Positions 9,879 to 18,869 of a stretch of 64,000 nucleotides of DNA are shown here, in pieces. The first letter of the stretch is position 1; each line of letters opens with the position of its first letter. The DNA is from Alphaproteobacteria bacterium (GTDB taxonomy: Bacteria > Pseudomonadota > Alphaproteobacteria > UBA2966): NCBI GenBank assembly GCA_964291395.2, contig OZ219858.1, positions 352,001-416,000 of the forward strand, written 5' to 3'. The translations under genes were made by a program, and so were the position numbers. Under the pieces are notes generated by a model. It saw only the letters and a program-made list of their open reading frames with translations. It searched no databases and had not been told where the DNA came from.

Positions 9879-10858
9879 AGATCTGCATCTTCGGAGCCGG
9901 CGCCATCGGGGGACATGTCGGCGCCCTGCTGTCCCGCGCGGGTCTCGACGTCACGCTGATCGCGCGGGGGCCGCACCTCGCAGCCATGAAACAGCATGGG
10001 CTGACCCTCGTCACCGGCGACGGAGACGAGTTCATCGCGCGGCCACGGTGCACGGACGACCCGGCGGAAGCCGGTATCCAGGATTACGTCCTGATCGCGC
10101 TCAAGGCGCATTCCGTGCCGCTGGTCGCGGATCGCATGGCACCGCTTCTCGGTCCCGACACCGTCGTCGTGCCGGTCGTCAACGGCATCCCCTGGTGGTA
10201 CTTCCATAAGCTCGAAGGGCCTTACGAAGATCATCGCATCGCCTGCGTCGACCCCGACGACCGCCAATGGACGCATATCGGCCCCGAACGCGTGGTCGGC
10301 TGCGTCGTCTGGACCTCGGCGGAAATCCAGCGGCCCGGCGTCATCAAACATTCCTACGGCAACCGCATGCCGCTCGGCGAGCCCGACGGCAGGCGATCGG
10401 AGCGCGCCCTCCAACTCAGCAAAGCGATGATCGCGGCCGGCCTCAAGTCGCCGGTAAGGCCGAAGATACGCAACGAGATCTGGATGAAACTGTGGGGCAA
10501 CCTGTCCTTCAACCCGGTGAGCGTTCTGACCGACGCGACGCTGGAGACCCTGGCGACCGATCCCGGCTGCCGCGACCTGCTGCGAGCCATGATGGCGGAG
10601 GGCCGGGCCGTCGGCGAGGCGCTCGGCGCCGAGTTCCCGATGGACGTCGATACCCGCATCAAGGCCGCCGAAGATGTCGGCGCCCACCGCACGTCCATGC
10701 TCCAGGACCTCGACCAGGGCCGCCCCATGGAGATCGACGCACTGGTGAGCTCTGTCGTGGAACTCGGGCGCCTGGTGGGCGTTCCGACTCCGACCATCGC
10801 CCTCGTCCACGCCCTCGTGGTCCGCCGCGCCCGGGAGGCCGGCTGCTATCCAGGCTGA
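9875..10858 (+). CDS. Ketopantoate reductase-like protein (PanE2-type), probable oxalyl-CoA reductase
   Basis: MKICIFGAGAIGG, LKAH, NGIPWWYF, WMKLWGNLSFNP, TSMLQD, EID; ATGA overlap with the ligase stop codon. Confidence 0.85.
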   Translation: MKICIFGAGAIGGHVGALLSRAGLDVTLIARGPHLAAMKQHGLTLVTGDGDEFIARPRCTDDPAEAGIQDYVLIALKAHSVPLVADRMAPLLGPDTVVVPVVNGIPWWYFHKLEGPYEDHRIACVDPDDRQWTHIGPERVVGCVVWTSAEIQRPGVIKHSYGNRMPLGEPDGRRSERALQLSKAMIAAGLKSPVRPKIRNEIWMKLWGNLSFNPVSVLTDATLETLATDPGCRDLLRAMMAEGRAVGEALGAEFPMDVDTRIKAAEDVGAHRTSMLQDLDQGRPMEIDALVSSVVELGRLVGVPTPTIALVHALVVRRAREAGCYPG

Positions 10859-10882
10859 CCGTCCCGCCTCGCGCCGGGACGG
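10859..10882 (+). terminator. GC-rich hairpin right after the panE-like stop codon
   Basis: CCGTCCCG-N8-CGGGACGG; no clear U-tract. Confidence 0.4.
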
Positions 10883-10997
10883 GTGTCATCCCCTCGCGCG
10901 TTTGCCGTAGACTTCGAGGCGGAGGGCTGCGACTCGGCCCCCATCGTGGAGGGGACCTCACGGCTAAACCGTTTCCCGGCCCGCTCGCCGCGCGGAA
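10877..10997 (+). repeat. Imperfect direct repeat, copy 1: decayed copy of the leader and first codons of the OYE gene at 12596
   Basis: 27-nt exact core 10890-10916 = 12538-12564; 25-nt exact core 10929-10953 = 12564-12588; 13-nt indel between the two cores. Confidence 0.9.
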
Positions 10998-11039
10998 TCC
11001 GAAGCCATAAAGCTGACGCGCGATCACGAGCGGCGGAAC

Positions 11040-11370
11040 CTATGCCGAGGTCTCGGGACCGTGTTTCTCCCCCCATTCGTACAGCGCACGAATGACCGGA
11101 CCGAGCTTTCTTCCCTTTTCGGTCAGCAGGTATTCCGCACGCGGTGGGTGTTGCTCGTAGAACCGCCGTTCAACGACCCCCTTGGCCTCGAGCGTTTTCA
11201 GCCGCGCCCGTGTTGGGCGCGATACCCTCAAGCGATCGGAGAAGTTCCTGAAACCGGCAAACGCCCGATTGAAACAGATCGCGCAGGATCAGGAGGGTCC
11301 AACGATCGCCGACCACACTCGCCGACCGTGCGACCGGGCAATGCAGGTTGCGCTTGGAGATCATCGCCAT
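11040..11370 (-). pseudogene. HxlR-family winged-helix transcriptional regulator, frameshifted
   Basis: Frame 1: CPVARSASVVGDRWTLLILRDL...RFQELLRSLEGIAPNT. Frame 2: ARLKTLEAKGVVERRFYEQHPPRAEYLLTEKG. The break near 11208 removes the usual 'LS' of PNTLSARL. Confidence 0.85.
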
Positions 11371-11482
11371 GATCGAGATGGATACCGGTCGCGCCACGGC
11401 GAGCGAATCCAGTCAGGGGGTACTCTAGCATCTTGACTCACAACAGCCAATTGACGTTACTACATGTACGGAACTTACTGAA

Positions 11483-12445
11483 ATGAAAAACTCGTGGACT
11501 GGAATGGTTGCGACACTGCTCGTCGGCTGTACCGGCGGCGTCGACCTCTCCTCGCAATACGCGGCCTACGACGCGGCGTTCCGGCAAGAGCACGAGCAGA
11601 TCATCCACACCGTGCCGCGCGACGGGTTCACGCTGCACGCTCGCGAGTTCGCGCCGGACGATATCGAGACCTCCGATGCCCCCTACATCCTGATGCACGG
11701 CTTTCCCGATAGTCTCCATCTTTATGACCGTCTCGCGCCGCTGCTGGCCAAAAAACGCCGCGTGATCACCTTTGATTTCCTCGGTTGGGGTAATTCGGAC
11801 AAACCGGAAGACCACCGCTACGACGTCGCCAGCCTACGGCGCGATCTCGAAGCAGTGATCGCCTATTTCGGTTTGCGGCGGGTCCGGCTGGTGGTGCACG
11901 ACGCATCGGGTCTTCCCGGCATCGATTATGCGATCGACAATCCGGACCGGACGGTCGAGCTCATCCTGCTGAACACGCTCTACGCCCCGTCGGAGAAGCG
12001 GATCATGCCGCCGTCGATAAAACGGTTCTCGACGCTCGGCCTGAGACGTGACCTTCTGGTCTTCGGCGCCAAGCGAAGCGACTCGTTGTGGCGGGACGGC
12101 CATGCCGGGCAGGTCGGAGCGTTCTTCGCCGACTCGGCGATCCGCGACCAGTACTTGCCGATCTTCTCGCATCAGGCACTCGGCATCAGGTCGGCATTCT
12201 TCGGCCTGACCGGGGTGTGGACTGCAGAGGTGCAAGCGCGGGCGAGGCGCGTCGCCGAGCTTCGCCATCTCGAGGTGCCGACGAAGATCATCTTTGGCAC
12301 CGAGGATCCCTATCTCAACCCGGCATTGGCTCGCGAGCTCGGCCACCTGATCCCCAATGTGCGGCTGTGGCTGGTCGAGGCCGCCGGCCACTACGTCCAA
12401 CTCGACAGGCCCGAAGAGGTGGCCCGACTCGTTCTGGACACCTGA
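11483..12445 (+). CDS. Alpha/beta hydrolase of the epoxide hydrolase/haloalkane dehalogenase type, predicted lipoprotein
   Basis: HGFP oxyanion motif, DFLGWGNSDKP, VVHDASG (Asp nucleophile), GHYVQ (catalytic His); N-terminal LLVG-C lipobox. Confidence 0.85.
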   Translation: MKNSWTGMVATLLVGCTGGVDLSSQYAAYDAAFRQEHEQIIHTVPRDGFTLHAREFAPDDIETSDAPYILMHGFPDSLHLYDRLAPLLAKKRRVITFDFLGWGNSDKPEDHRYDVASLRRDLEAVIAYFGLRRVRLVVHDASGLPGIDYAIDNPDRTVELILLNTLYAPSEKRIMPPSIKRFSTLGLRRDLLVFGAKRSDSLWRDGHAGQVGAFFADSAIRDQYLPIFSHQALGIRSAFFGLTGVWTAEVQARARRVAELRHLEVPTKIIFGTEDPYLNPALARELGHLIPNVRLWLVEAAGHYVQLDRPEEVARLVLDT

Positions 12446-12524
12446 CCGGACGCTGAAAATTCCTGGCATCGGTCTCGGCGTCGAAGGACTGCTCTTGCAC
12501 TCGGCGGGTGAGCTTCTCATCGTC

Positions 12525-12633
12525 GGACGGCTGTTACCCCCTCGCGCGTTTGCCGTAGACTTCGCGACTCGGCCCCCATCGTGGAGGGAGGACTCTTGGC
12601 TGAACCGTTCCCGAATCTGTTCGCCCCGCTGAA
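12525..12633 (+). repeat. Imperfect direct repeat, copy 2 (leader, RBS and start of the OYE gene)
   Basis: Aligns with 10877-10997 (see copy 1). Confidence 0.9.
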
Positions 12634-14566
12634 AGTGGGGACGTACACCCTCAAGAACCGGATCATGAACACCGGTCACGCGGCCCATTTTCAAACCGGT
12701 GACGGCATCCCGACCGACCGCTACGTCGACTACGTCCGCGAACGTGCCAAGGGAGGCGTGGGCATCATCGTCACGGGGTTCACGGTCACCCGGTACGACG
12801 GCGACGCGGCCCTGTCGCTGGCCAACTACGACGAGAGGATCACCGCCGCCTACGGAAAGTTCTCGGAAGCGACGCACGCGTACGGCGTGCCCATGTTGGC
12901 GCAGCTCGGACATCGCGGACGCCGGGTCTCGGATGGTGCGGCCTATCTGCAGCGCACCATCGAGGCGCCGTCGGCCGTGCCGGCGCCCGACTTTTCCTCT
13001 CCCCAACTGGTGCCCCATGCGATGTCCACCGCGGAAGTCGAAGAGGTCGTCGAGTCCTTCGCCACGGCGACACGGCGGGTCGTCCGTGGCGAGATGGATG
13101 GCGTAGAGCTGGCCGTGGGCCTCGATTTCCTGTTCGCCAACTTTCTCAGCCAGTATGCCAACCGGCGGGATGACAAGTACGGTGGTGGAACGCTCGAAGA
13201 GCGCATGACGTTTCTCGATGAAGTCATCGACGTGGTGCGCGGCGAACTCGGGCCCGAGCGCCTGCTGGGAATCCGCTTCTACGACGACCTCGTGGACTAC
13301 AGCCTGGGACTGGAGGACTACAAGCGGGTCGCCAGCCTGGTCGAAGCCGGCGGCAAGGTGAATTACTTCAACATGTGGCAGGGCATCGTGCCGAGCCCGC
13401 GAAGCGGCCGGGAACACTGGCCGCCCCACTACTACAAGCCTGGACAATTCGCCTATCTGCCGGCGGGTCTCAAGGAAGCGACCACGCTGCCGGTTGTCGG
13501 CACGGGGCGCATCGACTCCCCGGCGTTGGCAGACAGCATGATCGCGGAGGGCAAGGCCGACGTCATCGGCATGGCGCGGGCGCTGATTGCCGACGCACAT
13601 TGGGCCAACAAGGCCCGCGACGGCCACGCCGACGATATCCGCACCTGCATCGCCTGCACCCAGAGCTGCGTTGGACACATCTACATCGGCATGGGCGTCG
13701 GCTGTATCTACAACCCGGTGACCGGACGCGAGCGCGAGTGGTCCGAGCTGCGGCCGGCCGAAACGAAGAAGAAGGTGGTGATCGTAGGCGCCGGGCCGGC
13801 CGGTTGCGAGGCCGCACGCATCGCGGCGGAACGAGGCCACGACGTCGTGGTCTTCGAGACGGGCCAGCGGATCGGCGGTCAGGTCAATCTCGTGATGCGG
13901 ACGCCCGCCCGGGAAATCTTCGAACAGATCATCCTTTTTTTCGAACGCCAGCTCGAAAAACTGAGCGTCGACGTCCGGCTGCAACACGAGGCGGGGCCTG
14001 ACGACGTGCTGGCGGAAAACCCGGACACCGTCGTCGTAGCCACGGGCTCGACGGCCTTCATGCCGGACGTGATCGGCACCGGCCAGAAACACGTGCTGAG
14101 CAGCCGCGACGTGCTGCTCGGCAACGCCGAAATCGGCGAGCGGGTCCTCGTGGTCGACACCCTGGGCCGGGCCGAGGCGCCCACCGTGGCCGAATACCTT
14201 GCGGATCGGGGCCGTCAGGTCGAGATCGTCACGGGCCTCGAATACGTGGGCCGCAACATGCCGGTCCCCGCCTGGCACGTCCAACTCGAACGCTTGATGC
14301 GGAAGGGGGTGACGCTGACGCCGTTTACGGGCGTCTGGGAGGTCACGGAAAACGCCGTCGACGTCTACAACGTCGTCTCGTGGGAGCCGCATACGATCGA
14401 CGGCGTCGACACGGTGGTCATGGCCGCCGGCGGGCGGGCGGACGATGGGCTGTACCACGAGCTTCACGGGCGGCACGCCGACGTTCGTGCCATCGGCGAC
14501 TGCTACCAGCCGCGCGACATCGAGCTGGCCGTAGTCGACGGCCACCGCGTGGCCCGGCAGATCTAG
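12596..14566 (+). CDS. OYE-like FMN/[4Fe-4S]/FAD oxidoreductase (FadH/TMADH/DgcA architecture)
   Basis: TIM-barrel LKNRI...GGVGII...QLGHRG...RRDDKYGG; Fe-S motif CIACTQSC-x11-C; GAGPAG FAD domain; IGDC..PR. TTG start after GGAGGGAGG. Confidence 0.88.
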   Translation: MAEPFPNLFAPLKVGTYTLKNRIMNTGHAAHFQTGDGIPTDRYVDYVRERAKGGVGIIVTGFTVTRYDGDAALSLANYDERITAAYGKFSEATHAYGVPMLAQLGHRGRRVSDGAAYLQRTIEAPSAVPAPDFSSPQLVPHAMSTAEVEEVVESFATATRRVVRGEMDGVELAVGLDFLFANFLSQYANRRDDKYGGGTLEERMTFLDEVIDVVRGELGPERLLGIRFYDDLVDYSLGLEDYKRVASLVEAGGKVNYFNMWQGIVPSPRSGREHWPPHYYKPGQFAYLPAGLKEATTLPVVGTGRIDSPALADSMIAEGKADVIGMARALIADAHWANKARDGHADDIRTCIACTQSCVGHIYIGMGVGCIYNPVTGREREWSELRPAETKKKVVIVGAGPAGCEAARIAAERGHDVVVFETGQRIGGQVNLVMRTPAREIFEQIILFFERQLEKLSVDVRLQHEAGPDDVLAENPDTVVVATGSTAFMPDVIGTGQKHVLSSRDVLLGNAEIGERVLVVDTLGRAEAPTVAEYLADRGRQVEIVTGLEYVGRNMPVPAWHVQLERLMRKGVTLTPFTGVWEVTENAVDVYNVVSWEPHTIDGVDTVVMAAGGRADDGLYHELHGRHADVRAIGDCYQPRDIELAVVDGHRVARQI

Positions 14567-14574
14567 ACGGCGCC

Positions 14575-15474
14575 GTGGCTCGCGACCTGCAGTTCCAGGT
14601 TCTGCTGCTGCCCAACGCGCCGTGGGATGAGCTGTCGGCGCGGTTTCGACACGTGGAGGCGCTCGGCTTTGACCTCGTGGCCACGGCGGATCACTTCGTC
14701 GACTGGCGCAACCCTTCGATTCCATGGCTGGAAGGATGGACGGTGCTGGCGGCGGCGGCGCGCGAGACCTCGCGAATCAAGATCGCCACATACGTCACCC
14801 AGATCCCGTTTCGCAACCCGGCCATGTTGGCGCTCCAGGCGCTGACCGTGGACCAGATCTCCCAAGGCCGGCTGGTCGTCGGAATCGGCACGGGCCTCGT
14901 CGAGGATCCTGCCTACGACATGATCGGCATTCCGAATTGGAGCTACGCGGAGCGCGTGGCGCGCCTGAAGGAATACGTCGAGATCGTCGACCTGATGTTG
15001 ACCAACGAGACCACGACCTACCGGGGCGCGTACTACGCCATCACGGACGCCGTGATGATCCCCCGGCCGATCCAGAAACCGCGCCCGCCGATCGCCATTG
15101 GCGCCATGGGTCCTGTCATGATCAAGCATGCGGCTCGCTACGCCGATATCTGGAACAGCCTCAGCTTCGCGGAGACCTTTGAGAAGCAGCTCCGGGAAAC
15201 GCGGCACCGCATGGAACTCCTGGACGAGCACTGCGCCGCGATCGGCCGCGACCCGGCCACCATCCGGCGCTCCTACGTGGTTCTGGATCAGGGCGCCCGG
15301 AACAGCGGCGGCGCCATCGGCTATTACGCGTCGACCGACGCCTTCGCCGAGAAGGTGGAGCGGGTCATCGACATCGGGATCACCGAAATCGTGCTGCATT
15401 ACCCACTGGTGGAGCGGGAGATGCCCATATTCGAACGGGTCGCGACGGACATCATCCCGAAGCTGAAGCGGTAA
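14575..15474 (+). CDS. LLM-class (luciferase-like) flavin-dependent oxidoreductase
   Basis: GFDLVATADHF, LEGWTVLAA, RNPAMLA, DQISQGRLVVGIGTG, PRPIQKPRPPI. Confidence 0.88.
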   Translation: MARDLQFQVLLLPNAPWDELSARFRHVEALGFDLVATADHFVDWRNPSIPWLEGWTVLAAAARETSRIKIATYVTQIPFRNPAMLALQALTVDQISQGRLVVGIGTGLVEDPAYDMIGIPNWSYAERVARLKEYVEIVDLMLTNETTTYRGAYYAITDAVMIPRPIQKPRPPIAIGAMGPVMIKHAARYADIWNSLSFAETFEKQLRETRHRMELLDEHCAAIGRDPATIRRSYVVLDQGARNSGGAIGYYASTDAFAEKVERVIDIGITEIVLHYPLVEREMPIFERVATDIIPKLKR

Positions 15475-15500
15475 TATCACACCAATCAGGAGGATGTGCC

Positions 15501-15968
15501 ATGGCGGACCTGGACCACGACCATTTCATGGGCTTGGCCCTGGACGAAGCGCAGGCGTCACACGATGCCGGCAACCTTGCCGTGGGGAGCGTCATCGTCC
15601 TCGACGGTGAGGTCGTCGGGCGCGGCCGCAACTGGACCGCAACTCACGAAGATCCGCTGTCGCATGCCGAGGTCGACGCCATCCGCGACGCCTGCAAGCG
15701 ACTGGGCCGAGCCAGCTTGGCCGGCGCAACCCTCTATTCCGTGGCGGAGTCCTGTCCCATGTGCCTTTGGGCCATCCACGAGTCGGGCATCGATCGGCTC
15801 GTGCTCGGAGCCCGCCACATGGCCCTCGGCATCACACGATTCGGCGATTATACGGTCGAGAGCATGATCGACTTCACCAAGAGCAATCTCCAGCTGCTCA
15901 CGGGTGTCCGGGAGGCCGAATGCGTCGCGATGCGGGGCAAGCCGGGCGGTTATCTGATCGAGCGCTGA
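15501..15968 (+). CDS. Zn-dependent nucleoside/nucleobase deaminase (TadA/guanine deaminase-like)
   Basis: HAE...ESCPMC zinc motif; AGGA RBS upstream. Confidence 0.88.
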   Translation: MADLDHDHFMGLALDEAQASHDAGNLAVGSVIVLDGEVVGRGRNWTATHEDPLSHAEVDAIRDACKRLGRASLAGATLYSVAESCPMCLWAIHESGIDRLVLGARHMALGITRFGDYTVESMIDFTKSNLQLLTGVREAECVAMRGKPGGYLIER

Positions 15969-16876
15969 GGCCGCCGGCGCGGCGGGTCCAGCGATTCCTC
16001 CAGGCAGGCCTCCAGAAGTTCGGCGAACCGCTGCGCAATTCGGGACAACGGCTTGTGCGCCGGACGGAGCAGCGCCAAGTCTATCGGAATGGCCGGCTCG
16101 AAGGGCCGGACCGCGAAATCCCGATGCCCGTCGGCTTCCGGCAGCAGGGGTCCGACGACGGATACACCCAGGCCCCGCCCGACCAGACCCAGGATTCCCG
16201 CCATCGTTCGCGCCTGCAGTTTCAGGACCCGGTGCACACCGGCAGTCTCAAAGACTTCGTCGACCATGTGCCGGAAGATCGAATCCGTCCTGAAGGAAAC
16301 AAAGACCTCCCCTTCCAGGTCGCGGGCGGCCACGGTCGTCTTCGCGGTCAGGGAATGATCCCGCGGCAGGACGCAAACCGCCTCAAGCCGCGCGAGGGGC
16401 CGGGACTCGATCGCGGCGTTGTCGACAGGCAGGGCGCACAGGCCGATATCGCATTGCCGCGAAACGATCCGCTCGAAGACCCGCTGCGAAGGCTGGACCT
16501 CCAAGGACACGAGCACGTCGGGATAGGTGCCGGAGAACCGGCGGACCACTTCCGGCACCAAGGAGTTCGCGAGACTGGGGATCGTCACCAAGCTGACGTG
16601 ACCCGTTCCGTACTCCCTGATGGCTTCCGCGGTTCGGAAGATCTGATCGAGACCGATGAACGCGCGATCGACCTCCTCGTAAAAGGCCTCCCCTTCCGCG
16701 GTCGGGATCAGTTGCCGATTGGCGCGCTCGAAAAGCTTGAACCCGATTTCGGCCTCCAGCTCGGCGATCATTCGGCTGACGGCCGGCTGGGACACGGACA
16801 GGACGCCGGCGGCCCGGGTCGCGGTCCCGGTGATCATCACGGCACGGAAGGCCTCGACTTGGCGGAGCGATATCAT
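15950..16876 (-). CDS. LysR-family transcriptional regulator
   Basis: LRQVEAFRAVMITGTATRAA..SVSQPAVSR..LEAEIGFKLFER HTH, followed by a substrate-binding domain. Confidence 0.95.
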   Translation of the reverse strand: MISLRQVEAFRAVMITGTATRAAGVLSVSQPAVSRMIAELEAEIGFKLFERANRQLIPTAEGEAFYEEVDRAFIGLDQIFRTAEAIREYGTGHVSLVTIPSLANSLVPEVVRRFSGTYPDVLVSLEVQPSQRVFERIVSRQCDIGLCALPVDNAAIESRPLARLEAVCVLPRDHSLTAKTTVAARDLEGEVFVSFRTDSIFRHMVDEVFETAGVHRVLKLQARTMAGILGLVGRGLGVSVVGPLLPEADGHRDFAVRPFEPAIPIDLALLRPAHKPLSRIAQRFAELLEACLEESLDPPRRRPQRSIR

Positions 16877-16974
16877 TCGGAGCACCCCCTGTTCGTCCGA
16901 GGTTGACGGAGCCGCACGACCTCGTTCGGCGACGACCGAGCGCCGCCGAGAATATCCGGGCATGAGCGAATCGT

Positions 16975-17035
16975 GCCCTAAATATAATATTTCGTAATGA
17001 GATATCAAAATTTTGGCACTCTTGATTATGAAAAA
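16975..17035. promoter_or_regulatory. AT-rich divergent promoter region between LysR and the ABC operon; candidate LysR box ATAA-N7-TAAT (16984-16998)
   Basis: Strong AT island in GC-rich DNA; T-N11-A arrangement typical of LTTR sites. Confidence 0.55.
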
Positions 17036-17076
17036 TCAGAGCGATACCATGGGCCGATCCTGCATGGGGCAGAGCG

Positions 17077-17922
17077 ATGACGATTGTCGGGACACACGCC
17101 GGATCGAGGCGATTGCCACCGCCGCGCGCGCGAACACCGCTGCTTTCCCGAAAGTCCCCCCTCTTCAGCCTGGTACAGCTTGCCGTGCTGCTGGGCGGGG
17201 TGACTTGGCTCATCTACAGCGGCGCCCAGGCGATGGAATACAATTGGCAATGGTACCGGGTGGACCGCTACATCTACCGGATCGTCGACGGCGAGTTCAT
17301 CTTCGGCCCCCTGCTGCGGGGCCTCGGCGTAACCCTCGAAATGGCGGTCTGGAGCGTGTTTCTCGCCATCGCGATCGGCATGGTGACCGCACTCCTGCGC
17401 CTGTCGAACTCGGCGTCCGGACGTTTTCTGGCGACGGTCTACCTCGAGGCCATTCGTAACACGCCGCTGCTGGTCCAGCTGTTTTTGTTCTACTACGTGC
17501 TGGCGCCGATCCTGGGAATCGACAGATTCTGGGCCGGAGTTCTGTGTCTTTCTTTTTTCGAGGGGTCCTTCGCCAGCGAGATCATCCGGGCGGGCCTCCA
17601 GTCGGTTCCCAGGGGGCAGTACGAAGGCTCGGACGCCCTTGGATTTACCAAGCTCGACCGCCTGCGTTTCATCTTACTGCCGCAGGCGATACCCCTGATC
17701 CTTCCACCGATGACCGGACTGCTGATATCGCTCATCAAGCATTCCGCAATCGTCAGTGTGATCGCCGTGGCAGATTTGACGACCGAGGGAATGAACATCA
17801 TTTCGGAAACCTTCATGGCGTTCGAAATCTGGTTCACGGTCGCCGCCATTTATTTGGTGATTACCGTGTCGCTTTCGTTCTTCGTTTCATGGCTGGAACA
17901 CCTCATGAAGCGGCACCGGTGA
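17077..17922 (+). CDS. Polar amino acid ABC transporter permease
   Basis: IRNTPLLVQLF; EAA loop SEIIRAGLQSVPRGQYE; ILLPQA. Confidence 0.93.
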   Translation: MTIVGTHAGSRRLPPPRARTPLLSRKSPLFSLVQLAVLLGGVTWLIYSGAQAMEYNWQWYRVDRYIYRIVDGEFIFGPLLRGLGVTLEMAVWSVFLAIAIGMVTALLRLSNSASGRFLATVYLEAIRNTPLLVQLFLFYYVLAPILGIDRFWAGVLCLSFFEGSFASEIIRAGLQSVPRGQYEGSDALGFTKLDRLRFILLPQAIPLILPPMTGLLISLIKHSAIVSVIAVADLTTEGMNIISETFMAFEIWFTVAAIYLVITVSLSFFVSWLEHLMKRHR

Positions 17923-17972
17923 TGCGTAATGTGCAACCCCAGAGTCCTCACAATGCAAGGGAGGTTAATCGC

Positions 17973-18806
17973 ATGATATCTACAAAGCTGTTTAGAAACG
18001 CGGTCATCACAGCGGTGGTCGCTCTCGGTTTCATCGGCCCGGCCAAGACCGACACGCAACAGGATCTCGCGGGTGACAGCGTCATCGAGGAAATCAAGAA
18101 ACGCGGGGTCATGCGTGTCGGCATGTCGACGTTCGTGCCCTGGGCCATGCGCGCCAAGGACGGCAGCCTGATCGGCTTCGAGATCGACGTGGCGAAGCAA
18201 GTGGCGGAGGATATGGATGTCGAGATCGAGTTCGTTCCGACGGCCTGGTCCGGAATCATTCCCGCGCTGATCGCCAAGAAGTTCGACGTGATCATCGGCG
18301 GTATGTCGATCACGCCAGGGCGGAACTTGACGGTCAACTTCACGATTCCCTACGCCCATTCGGGCCAGCAAATGGTGGCCAGCAAAGCGCTCGCGGACGG
18401 GATGAGCGTGGACGAATTCAACAGCTCGAAGGTAACCATTGCCTGTCGCCGCGGCGCCACGCCCTGCACGGCGGCTCAGGAACTCTTTCCGAAGGCCAGC
18501 CTCCGGCGGTTCGATGACGACGCTCAGGCGTTTCAGGAAGTGGTCAACGGCAAGGCACACGCCTTCATTACCTCCGCCCCAAAGCCTCGTTTCTGGATGC
18601 AGAAGCACCCTGGAAAGCTTTTCATGCCGACCGAAGAAAATCTGACCCGGGGCGACGAGGCGTTTGCGCTTCGTAAAGGTGATCCGGATGCCCTCAATTT
18701 CTTCAGCAACTGGATCCGCGTTCACACGAGCAACGGCTGGTTGAAGGAGCGTCACGACTTCTGGTTCACCACCCAGGAATGGACCGGCAGGGTCGAGCAG
18801 CAGTAG
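17973..18806 (+). CDS. Polar amino acid ABC transporter substrate-binding protein
   Basis: Signal peptide; GFEIDVA, WSGIIPALIAKKFDVIIGGMSIT; GGAGG RBS. Confidence 0.93.
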   Translation: MISTKLFRNAVITAVVALGFIGPAKTDTQQDLAGDSVIEEIKKRGVMRVGMSTFVPWAMRAKDGSLIGFEIDVAKQVAEDMDVEIEFVPTAWSGIIPALIAKKFDVIIGGMSITPGRNLTVNFTIPYAHSGQQMVASKALADGMSVDEFNSSKVTIACRRGATPCTAAQELFPKASLRRFDDDAQAFQEVVNGKAHAFITSAPKPRFWMQKHPGKLFMPTEENLTRGDEAFALRKGDPDALNFFSNWIRVHTSNGWLKERHDFWFTTQEWTGRVEQQ

Positions 18807-18818
18807 CGGTAGAGGAGA

Positions 18819-18850
18819 TCACCCCCGACAGTCCGGACCGTCGGGGGTGA
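18819..18850 (+). terminator. Intra-operon hairpin after the SBP gene (mRNA stabiliser or partial terminator)
   Basis: TCACCCCCGAC-N10-GTCGGGGGTGA, perfect 11-bp stem. Confidence 0.6.
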
Positions 18851-18869
18851 CCTCGAGGGAGTCATCGAT

